Shown here: positions 28,701-39,572 of the stretch, one piece after another | How positions within the stretch are numbered: position 1 is the first letter of the stretch | Layout of the letters: every line of letters begins with the position of its first letter | NCBI GenBank assembly: GCA_030248215.1 | Contig: JASANG010003582.1 | Span: 62,001 to 126,000, forward strand | DNA: 64,000 bases | From: Enoplolaimus lenunculus | Lineage: Eukaryota | Direction of reading: 5' to 3' | Translations under genes and position numbers: made by a program | Notes under the pieces: model-generated | Told to the model about the DNA's origin: nothing | The model's input: the letters and a program-made list of their open reading frames with translations, nothing else | The model's database searches: none

Positions 28701-31700
28701 CGGTTTAGACACAAGTTTAGGCTTAATAAATAGTAATCACTGATGTATGAGCAAAATAAACAAGCATGCCGGTATTTTTTTAGGATTTCGAAGTCGACAT
28801 GTATTTAGCGATGAGCTGGTACGATCAACGGCTAACACATAGCAGTTATGATCCGGTGTTAATTACCGATTTGCATACTGCAAACATGATGTGGCAACCG
28901 GATTTATATTTTGTCAACAGTAAACACGCGTCATTCCAGTATGTTACAACACCAAACTTTATGGTTTTGGTGTATTCTGATGGATATGTGTTCAAATCAA
29001 TGCGGTAAGTGTTTTGCATAATCAGGATTAATCAAAACTTTTGCATCTAATAAACACGTTATAGTTATAGCTGACTTTTACGTATCTCAGAGATTTACAT
29101 GCGCATCTTAACTATGATACAAGTGAGCAATCCATGTTTCGCTTAGTTCGGTTAGAATTGCGTAGTTGTACTTTGCATTCTTCTGAACCCGCTTGATTAG
29201 ATGTACCTATTGCGCTTCATGGCGCGAGCCGAACAAAATGAGGCAAGTACTGGAGTGTGCCGTACTGTTAATAATAGTTCAACCTCATATCATTTTAATT
29301 TTGTTAAACTATACATTGAAACGGTACGTTCCTTCTGAATCGTATCATCGTATGAAATTTATATAGTTGACTATAAATATATACCCGAATACTGCGGGCA
29401 AGCACGCACATTACAATTTGACATTCAGTTCCGCTAAAATTTTCGGGTAGATTTTAGTTTAATTATGTTTTAGGGTTGATGTTACCGTATCGTGTATGAT
29501 GGATCTTGGCTTGTTTCCTTTTGACGATCATACATGCCCAATAATTGTGCAAAGCTGTAAGTTTGGCTTTACTCACTGATCACGTGTGCAAATTGTCGAG
29601 TGATTTTAAACACATGCTTGCAGGCAATACAGTATCAGGCTTGAATTGACCCCGCGTCAAGGGCGGCTTGGCCAAATGTTATGAAACGCAATTTTTTACT
29701 GTATGCCATATATGCAATTGGCAGCGAAAAATTGTAACATAGACTTATCATTTACGAGTCGTGTCGATACGTGCATACGTTGTACAGAAAATGTTTTAAA
29801 TGGAGTGCTTTTCAACGAATATGTGCTTGTAAACAGGAGTGGTAGCAGGTCGAGGTTATACCAAAACTCAAACACAAATCAGAGCTTATTGTTCAATTAA
29901 GTATAACGGTACCGTATTGTCTCTTTGGCAGAAAAATGTCAGTTAGACGCATTTTAGCTGAGCCTATGGCTTAAAATTCATCTATAATTTGACTTATGGA
30001 TACACTAGACGAAAGAAAAATATTAAATTATAGAAGCTAAAAGTTTTTTTTAATAATTATTGTTCTATTTTCAGATGCATATGTACATCAGGTGGTTCAT
30101 TTACAATGGTTTGTCAAACCAAACGTTGGATTTCCAATATCATTCAATGAAGATATTATTCTAAACGATATGGTTATTCGACCTCCGCATAAATTCACTA
30201 ACAAAACTGCTCACTATCCAATGTTTCGTGGCGCAGGTACTGCGACAGTTTGAATATTTTATTGTGTTGTGGATAGATTGGTTCTTGTAATGTCATAGTC
30301 ACGGAGTCTCAAAGGTCCGTGTGCCATATCGCTCCATAGGCTTGGGTTCAGGTTTACGGTTCACGTTAAGGCAAAGGCTTAGGCTATAAGTCTTTATGGT
30401 TATTCGGCCTCCGCATAAATTCACTAACAAAACTGCTCACTACCAATGTTTCGCGCGCAGGTACTGCGACTGTTGGAATTTTACTGTGTTGTGGATAGAT
30501 TGGCTCTTGTACGGTTTCGCCACACATTTAAGATTGTGTCATAGTCACAGAATCTCCTGGTTCCTGTACCCCATCCCTCCATAGGCTTGGGTTCAGGTTT
30601 GCGCTTCAGATCAAGGCAAACGCTTAGGCTATAAGTTTTTTCCGCAAACTAAGCCTAAACATGAGCATAAATCCGATTCAGGGAAAGTGTGCAAGAGCCA
30701 AGTGATTTGTTGACATTTGTTGTAACAACAAGTCAAAAAGGCAGAATACACGAAGACACTATGTTGGTTTAGAAACGCGAACTTTAGAGGCTGAAAGTTT
30801 CAGCGAAATACCGTTTGTTCCCTTGTGTAGTTGACATAGCAGGCAAAGGTGGGGCTCCCACCAAATGAACAAATGGGTCGTAGATGCTCCGGCCCTGAAT
30901 CCAATTTAACAGATATACACAATGAAAAATCTACAACTTTTGTTGCGTTAAGGCACTGTTACGTGCTATACCAGTCGTAGTGGGACTACATTTATTGAGC
31001 GAAACTCGAACGCACGTAAGCAATTAAGCTAATATGCAAATTAGTTATCAGCTAACTATTCAATTATCGGTTTTGGAGGTTTGTAAACAATTGATTCAGA
31101 TTCTTCGCACCTAAAAACCTTCAGTAAACGCCTATAATTTTTGGAATAATTTAAAAAGTCCTAGTTTTGTTTTGTCAATTAAGCTAATATGCAAATTAGC
31201 TATTAGCTAACTATTCAATTATCGGTTTTGGATGTTTGTAAACTATTTATTCAAATTCTTCGCAACAAAAAACCCTTTAGTGCTGAAATTATATTGCTTT
31301 TAACCTTAATAATTAGTGAAATATTGTAAAAAGTCCTAGTTTATGCTTATAAACTATGCTAATATGCAAATTATCTATTAGCTAACTGCTCAATTATCGG
31401 TTTTGGAGGTTTGTAAACAGTCTACGCAGATTCCTCGCACCCAAAAACCCTTTAATGCTAAAATTAGATTGCTTCTAACTGTAATAATTAGTAAAATATT
31501 GTGGAAAGTCCTAATTTAGGCTAAATTAATTATGCAAATTAGCCTGTAGCTAATAAACGGCTAAAATTTTGAAACCCTAATGCGAGGTTAACACCCCAGG
31601 ATAATTGGCTTTCAAACAAAAAAAAGTTTATCAAAATCGGTTCAGCCGTACCTGAGATTCTTTTCGGACGGACAGACGGACAGACGGACGGACGGACATC

Positions 31701-34310
31701 CACCTTTCGACCCCCAAGTACAAAACATAAAACGCTTCGCGAAACTCCGAGCTTCGCTCGGAGTTTCGCTTCGCTCAATTATAGGTAACTGGTCATGCTT
31801 AACGGGTTACATTCGCATGAAACGAATGCTAACATTCCATTTCCTTCAAACGTACATTCCAACTACAATGCTGGTTTGCATTAGTTGGCTATCGTTTTGG
31901 CTTGACGTTCGTGCTGCTCCAGCTAGAATTTCGCTTACAATAACTACATTGCTGACATTGGTCAGTGTTGGAAATGGCGCGCGAACCGATCTTCCACAAG
32001 TAAGAAAAATTTAGTGAGGATTACGCTAAACTTACAGATTAATATTGAAAATAGGCCCATGATGAGTATTTGCCGTAATTGTGCTAATACGCATGTCATT
32101 CAGTCGTAGCTATGTATCCGCTCTTTAAAGTCCTATTCGCGCGTGCAGGTTTTTGCAACTGAATTTTACAGGTTTCCATTACAATTTTTAACTGTTCGTT
32201 TTGTAAAACCAATTTCCAACCAATCATGTACCAGCAACTTAGTTAAAAGTTCTTCTTGACTAATTTCTGCACGTCTAAATTTTACTGCGGTTGAACTAGC
32301 ACGAGTAAGCTTCAGGTTCTTACAGTCAAATATGTTGTGCAAATTACATCTACAACTTTTATCGCAGCAAAAACTTGCACGTTTAAATTGAGCTTCATAG
32401 AAAAGCTAAATAATGAAACACTATTTTGATTTGCTTCAGGTTAGCTATATCAAAGCAATAGATATTTGGCTGACGACTTGCACAGCTTTTGTGTTTGGAG
32501 TCCTTATGGAATATACATTAGTCAATTATTATATGGGAAAAAAGACGAGTTTTTCGAGTTCTAAATGTCCACACCGCCGGACGCAGTTATGGCAACCGGT
32601 AAGTTATAGCAAGAGTGCATGATACCCTTTAACAAGAGTATGCAACTGGGTACATTCTATGTAGAAAAAATGTACCCAGCGATCAATGTCGAATGCACAG
32701 TATATCCCGTTTGAGCACGATTTTGGAACAGTATGCCTGCAGTGGTTTACAAAACAATCATTTTTCATGTCCCACGAAGGCGTACCCAAGATTTTCGAGT
32801 TAGAGTGTTACGTGCTATGCAAACTTCAAAAAGAGTTTCTGTGGTTCAAACTGAAAAAGTACCTAAAACACCTTTACAAGAATTCGAATGGGGAATTGAA
32901 CATTCAAAACTACTCTTCTGCCACACCCCTGTGTTCTACACAACAACCACGTGTTTCAGGCTAAAATAGCGCTTAGCATGCTGGGAAACTACCACGCACT
33001 AGCGGGCGGTGTTCCTCCAAGAGATCGACGATTTTCACGTGCCGATGATGATTCAGAGTACAAAGAGTGCCGACAAGAAAAGCAACTCCGCACGAAGAGA
33101 AATTCAATTTTGTGCGACCATGGCGAAAACGCGTTTCCGTTAGGTCCATTCGGCCTGATGCGAAACCCTCAAGTCGCCGCTGAAACGCCTGCACGTTCAA
33201 ATAGCAGACCATCCCTTCAACAAGGAGCTTCACATGATCGAGAGATTTCGTTTGATAGTAATAATAATAGTAATAATAATAATACTGACAATAATAAGGA
33301 TGACGACAATAACAATCGTTCGTACAATCGAAATGCCGCTGAAGACGATATTCCACTGACATCAAAGTCGCCAACGCACACTGAACCACAGAAACAGCCG
33401 TCAAGTTGGTCTCGGTCGCGTTGTACGGTTTCGGTTGCAGGACATCGATGTACTTCGCCTCGCAAGACTGCAGTAAGTCCTCATATTGCTCACATTTTCT
33501 AGCCGGGAGCAAGAGGAGGGCCTCTGGCTCGGCTTAGGAATACGCTTAATCTACTGTTACGATCCTAAAAGTAACATTGGCCAACTAATCATGAGTTGGT
33601 AATAGTTCATGCAACATTGAAACCAGTTAGCTTCTACATTTAATAAATTTATTGCATTCAGTCTATATATCCTACTAGTGTGTGGAAATAAATATCCGCA
33701 ACTTTCGCAATGTGCTTGTTTCATAAGACATTACTGTAAGTGACCCGAATTAGAGGGGGGTAATAAGAGGGATCCCCATTTTGAGTCCCAATCATTAGGA
33801 GTTCGTATTCCTAATCAGAGTCCGTAAGCGGATACAGTACATAAATCCTGGTTAGAGTCCATAAATGTCAATGATCCCAAAGTGTAGTGCATAAATGACT
33901 CTAGTACCAAATAAAGTTGAATCCGAAACTTTAAAGCATGCTTAAGTTTTGAAAGTTGCCGCTTTTCCTAGCAATTCTCACGAGTTACATAGCTGAAAAT
34001 GTGATTTTTATATTTTGAGAATGGCCGAATTTCATCTCATACCAGACAGTCAGACCAATTTGAATCGATCGGCGAAAGTTTTCAACAGCAATACGCTGCG
34101 CCGAACAGTGGCGGAAAACGTAACCATGGCAATACTGGAACATCCTGCTCGCATTGTGCACATATTGCAGAACGAACTGCAGTTAAAGTTGATATATTCT
34201 CACGTATTGGATTTCCGGCAATGTTTTCACTGTTTGCAATTGTGTACTGGTGCTATTATTTGGTTAAATACCATTCTGGCGTTCAAATTGACGATGTTGA
34301 AGAAAGTTAA
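19787..34310 (+). CDS. Cys-loop ligand-gated chloride channel subunit (GlyR/GluCl/GGR-like superfamily), 10 exons, about 656 aa
   Basis: Phase-consistent exons: 19787-19962, 26960-27042, 28173-28240, 28784-29004, 29474-29556, 30075-30236, 31785-31999, 32440-32598, 32960-33472, 34020-34310 (total 1971 nt). Motifs: hydrophobic N-terminus, YNKNVAP, WYDQRL, WQPDLYFVN, Cys-loop CMMDLGLFPFDDHTC, SYAY, M1 QTYIPTTMLVCISWLSFW, PAR-M2 PARISLTITTLLTL, M3 YIKAIDIW, M4 KVDIFSRIGFP..IVYW. Exon 1 and the last acceptor (ttttgag at 34019) are less certain. Confidence 0.95.
22026..22349. mobile_element. MITE family B, internally deleted copy
   Basis: TA|CTGTAATAACCCGAATAAGAGG...CCTCTTATTCGGGTTACTACAG|TA. Confidence 0.85.
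27415..27843. mobile_element. MITE family G (GCGGGGTTCACGTTA termini) with ATCATATGAT palindromes
   Basis: TIR shared with 55058-55735 and with a lone end at 56058. Confidence 0.75.
28374..28586. mobile_element. MITE family D carrying (GCCTAA)n telomere-like repeats
   Basis: TIR GGCCaATGTATAgAACAGGGCCG...CGGCCCTGTTCTATACATGGGCC. A highly similar copy is at 62219-62407. Confidence 0.85.
30169..30636 (+). repeat. Tandem duplication (~226 bp) of the 3' part of channel exon 6 plus its donor
   Basis: TATGGTTATTCG...GCGCAG|GTACTGCGAC occurs at 30169 and again at 30395. Confidence 0.9.
30994..31779. mobile_element. Non-autonomous Helentron/DINE-like element
   Basis: Short inverted ends ATTGAGCGAA/TTCGCTCAAT. 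Perfect 14-bp hairpin at 31739-31769. (GACG/GACA)n microsatellite at about 31666-31697. Internal ~155-180-bp tandem repeats. Inserted in a T-run with no TSD. Confidence 0.7.
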
Positions 34311-36499
34311 TGTACAAACAGATACGAATTGTTAGCCATATTAACTATAACCGTATGTCCACTACGCCTAAACATAAGCATAAACATAAGCCAAACTCTA
34401 TAAACCCAATAAAACCTCCCAGTTTTTAAGTTTCTCAGTCTCCCTGCCTACCACTGAGCAGTACTCATGATTAATATTGGCTCCAAACGGAATTTTTATT
34501 CGCAGGTACGAAGAAAAAAGTAGCCTTGCTATGATTCCAAAAATTTCAAATCTACAGTAACAAGTGTCTGATTTTGAAAATAGGGATTTATGTTCAATTA
34601 AAATTTCGTAGATCATTATTAAGCCTCTTAACGTAATCAGAGGGGAGTTTCGACCCATTATTCCACCTGGCTGCGTATTTGGACATTAGGAACCCGCTTG
34701 GTTTCGAAGGTTTCTCAAATTATTTAGCAGTCTGACCATGTGCAAATCAGTTGCACGTTCTCGCTGCAAAAGTTGTATACTTGTGAATGTGATTGATTTC
34801 ACGCTCTGCCACTGCAAAAAATTATGGGTTTACGTGAAATCAGTTGTTTCACTATAGCCTTGGAATCAATGATGAAATAGGGACAAAGTTTACATTTTTC
34901 TACTGACGGTGTTTTGTAGCATCAAAAATATATTCACGGTTTATACTTCGCCTATATTTTTATTAGCAAACCATAGCATTGTTCGGTGGTTCGCGTCGGC
35001 GTCCGGCATAGTAAAGTATGGCGTAACCTTAAATCCTAAAGTATTTATCAAAAAATTTATTGCCATCATCACGTATTAATATATAAAGTAATTTATTTAA
35101 ATGCTCGAATTTAAAATTTTTCATTGTATTATTAAATAAATACCAATCGGATTAAGCTTATTAAATGGATCGTTGCTATCAATTTTCTAGAATTTTGTAC
35201 AAAACTTGCCAGTAACTGTTGTTTGCAGATATTCTGTTTACACGCGTTTCACATCTCAGGTTGCTGTATTTTATTGCCGTTTTCGTTTACACCTACACTT
35301 TGTCTCTCTCGGTAATAGTATATGTTTCTCGCTAAAATACTTTAATACAACATTGAGATGATGTTTTATAGAAAATTTATCTTTTTAAATGGTGCACGCG
35401 AATAGCGTCAGCAGACAGCATACACGTTTCTTTACTGACGTTAAATTTATAAAGACTTTTTTACCAATCTTTGTGTGAAAAAATGAAAGTTACATCATAC
35501 CTCATCCAAATTGAAAATGGCCAATGTATAGAACAGGGCGGTAAAAATAGTACAAACGTACTACAAACTCTAAACATATGCGTATTAATAATATGCCTAT
35601 AACTAAGCCTAAGCGTATGCAAAATCTTTCTAAAGCTTTAGCTGACTCTGTTACAGACCCGCGGAGAATATGATCCGCCTTGGTCCAATGCTACTTTGAG
35701 GGTATTTAACTATTAACATCGACACTATAGTTTCCACTAAGCTTTTTTCCTAGCTTGCCCTGATTTCTTGACGTCAATCTATTAGCAAATGTATGGGCCA
35801 GTTTTTATATATTAATTTAATTTCAAAACTTATTGAAATAAAAGCTGTGAGAAGAGACATTGCAAAATTATCCGTTCATCGCGTATAGTTTAGAAAGACT
35901 CTAGCGGTGGGATCCCCAAACGATATCTGTTTAAATCCCAAAACTGACTTAAAAAATTTGCAATGTTGTTCGTTTTCGCTATAGGAGCGGTAGGGGATAT
36001 GAAGCACTATTGGCAACGTTGATATACATATGTGTGTACATGCCGGAACATAAACAAAACTGACTCGTAAACTAGAAGAGTCAAACTATAATGTGGAACA
36101 TTTTTTAATCAGTGTCCACGCATTCCTTTGGATTGGCGTCTATAATTCAACACCTAATTGTTATTTAAAATTAGCTGAAATCTTGTTGAAATCGTGCACG
36201 TATTGCTGAATTGTTCCGGAAAAAAATTGTAATATTCAAAAATTAGTTCAACAGATTTTATTGCATGAATTGCTTAAACTTTGAAACAAACCAGAGTCGC
36301 TAAAGGACAAGCAAACCCGAATCTGTCCGGATTGTCTTCCAGAAAGATAAGTGATAACAAGGCAAAAAATTGGAGGCTAATATGTTCAATTTGCGATCAA
36401 TTTAAATCTAACGTTGTCCTAATCCTGTAACTTGAGGTTAACGTGTCTATAGCGTTGTTGTGTGACAATCTCAACCTAAACCAATATCTTAGTATCTGG

Positions 36500-37062
36500 C
36501 AGGGTTTCAAAATTTGAATTCGGATTCCGATTCTGACTAGCTTCTATTCCGATGCCGGAATTCCGATTTTTCGGTTATGAGTTTTTAAGCTGATTGAACT
36601 TAAATTTTGCCTAAATTTTCGTTTGTTTGCAAATCTGTTTGTTTTTGTTAGAAAGTATTCTCAGTAGCAAAGTAAATTATTCGCTGATTGTCAAAATGTG
36701 ACTGCAATTAAAAACTTTAAGCTCTACCTTTAAACGAATGACATAATCTAAACTTAAAATTCTACTCCATAGCGGCAAGCAGTGATGTTAGCCCCACTAT
36801 TTCTTAAATATAGCTCGATATTAGTTCAACAGTATCCTTACTGCAGTGAAAACGACGCTCCGTTGAATTGGTTATTTTTCAAAATCTGGTTCCTGTTATT
36901 TATGATTTCCCAAGACTTCATTTTTACAAGTCATACACTTTAGTTTTTGATATAATTACTAAAACTTAAATTTCGATTCCGATTCCGATTCCAGTTCCGA
37001 TAAAAAATTGATTCCGATTCCGATTCCGCTTCCGACAAAATTTATTTCCGATTGGAACCCTG
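36500..37062. mobile_element. hAT-like MITE with (GATTCC)n subterminal repeats
   Basis: CAGGGTTTCAA...TTGGAACCCTG termini. Confidence 0.65.
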
Positions 37063-37668
37063 GTTTTGATACTGTTTTCAGCCATGTTTTCAATTTTTAA
37101 ATCTATAACTCGGCTTTACATTTGAGTTTAAAATAATTGTTTTCCGCCACAACGTTCAGTAGCAGTTGTATCATACGGCAATGAAACACGAAAATACGCA
37201 ACAATTCAATATAGTTTTTCTGTACTTGTTTTATGTGCATTAACATTGGCTAAAAGATGAGTTATTTATACAAAACAATTTTTTACTTTACGCATTTTGA
37301 CATAAAGTGCAATGATTTTTTTCGCAGTGAACTCGAGGATTTTTTTTAAACTTGCGTTGTGTATTAAACTATTGTAACCAAGCTTGCAATCTTCAGCGTT
37401 ACCTAGTTTGCCGTATGTTGTTCTGAAAAAAATGGCTGGCATTCACCAATGAGCGGTCAAAACTGAAAGGAAAACTTGTGATTTGAACCAAAAACCAACT
37501 TTTAGGAAGGCAGAAAGCCGACGTTGGAGTTGAGGTTTTGTTTATATATTAGGACGATGCGGAAAGAATTCTAGCAAAGTAAAGTTTTACATTAATAGAC
37601 CGCCGTGACGTTTTTCCTACGCTTAAGATCAAGGTTTAGACTTAAACTCAAGCATTGGCTTTAGGAGC

Positions 37669-38506
37669 TATAGTGACCCGAATATAAATGGGGACTGATC
37701 GGTTACGGACTGTTATTTATTTTTAACCCATGCTCCGCCACCCTTCATTACTGACATATTAGGTATTGCAACTATCCGTTATATTAAACGTTTATTTCTC
37801 TTGTATCAAAACTTGAGGATACTGCAAGGTTATAAAAGGAAAGTACTTTCGAAACTTAAGTATGCTTTAAAATTTCGAACTCAACTTTATTTAGTCCTGG
37901 AGTCATTTATGCACTACAATATAAGGGCAATTGCCATTTATGGACTGTAATAAGGGTTTAGGGACTCTATCCGCTTACGGACTCTTATTACGGAACACAA
38001 ACTCCTATTGATCGGGACTCAAAATGGGAACCCCCTGTTGTTATCCCTCTTACTGTAGTGACCAGAATAAAAGGAGTGGGTAATAAGAGTGGGTCACCAT
38101 TTTGAGTCCAGTCAATAGGAATCCGGATCCCTAATAAGAGTCCGTAAGCGGATAGAGTCTCTAAACGCTAATTAGAGTCCATAAATGTCGAGTATCCCTA
38201 TTGTAGCGCAAAAATGACTTCAAGACAAAATATAGTTGTGTTAGAAACTTTAAAGCGTACTTAAGATTGAAAGTACATTCCTAAGTATAACCTTCCATTA
38301 TCGCTCAAGCTTTTGATGCAAGGCAAAAACGTTTAATTCAACGAATAGTTGCAATACCGGATATCTATCAGTAACAAAGGGTGTGGAGGGCGGGTTGAAA
38401 ATAAGTAACGGTCCGTAACCTCATAACAGGGAGGTACTCTTCTGGAGAGGCCAAATAAATATCACCCCCTCTTAGTGGGGTCAGTACAGTATTTGGGTCA
38501 CTACAG
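37669..38506. mobile_element. Nested pair of MITE family B elements
   Basis: Inner copy 38053-38489 has a TA duplication and sits inside the right TIR of the outer copy. Confidence 0.85.
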
Positions 38507-39572
38507 TAATGACTTAAGCAAAAGTTTATGCTTAGGTTTAGGTTTTATTAGGTGTACACTTTGAGATATCTAAGCCTAAACCTGTGTTTGAAAATTCTAC
38601 AAGATAAGTATAATACAATTTTTTGGAAGCTAAGATGCTTACAAATTTGATAAAATGTCAAAACAAACGCTAACGATCACAACGCCAACCGCTGACGACC
38701 ACTAGATATTATTTTTGAAGGCACCATTTAACCGTGTTCAATTGTTATTCTACGGTTTATGCTGTAGCAACAATAATTCAAGTACAGAGCAACGGCAAAA
38801 TGATTCAGTATTCCGAGCAATTAATTTGATCACTTGATAAATTTTTGGTGATTGGAAACATATAAATGATGCAGACTCGCCCTTCACGCGAATTATTTTA
38901 ACCTCTGCATTAAGTTGGAGTCAAAATATCAAAGTTAGCTTATCTCGCAATAAATTTTTGGGCCAATTTAATCGAAATAAAGCTCGTAAAAGTTCTGTTT
39001 GATACAATAAAGATTTCGTTTGTTTAATATGTGTTTGTGAGAGCATTTGAGATTATATATTGCACTGTTGTACCAAGAAATTTATGCTCTTTACTTCACC
39101 GGTTTACACTGAAAAACTAGAAATATTAAGTTTTCGCTTTAACTACGAGGTAGCAATTCGAACTGGAAGTTTCAATGATTTTTGTCTCAGTGTGTCTGTC
39201 ACGTTGGCCATGGATTTAGTTTATTCCACGTGGTTTATCTGAATAAAATTTTTTTTAACTTTTTAAGCAGTTTTTAAAAACGCGACCTTTAAGCTCGTGC
39301 ACTACCGCAGCACTCATGGCAGTGAGTATTAGACGAATTTTGCCCATTTTTAGCGCGTTCTAGCAGGTCGAGGTAACCACAAGCTTGACTGGATGTGTAA
39401 ATAAACCAACTGCTTCAAAACAGGTGTTGTTCTCGTGTGATTATTGAGACGCTCGTGCAAAATTCGGTCTCATATATAAAACTGCATGCGGGAAAGGGTT
39501 AATGTTTTAACTATAGTTTACAGCTAAATATTATTTTATAAGCACGTATTCATATAATCCACATGTTAGTCT

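Noticed and set aside
32665..32969. Two open frames within channel intron 8
   Set aside because: No channel-like motifs. Use would terminate before M4, and a consensus tttcag acceptor at 32959 explains the gene.
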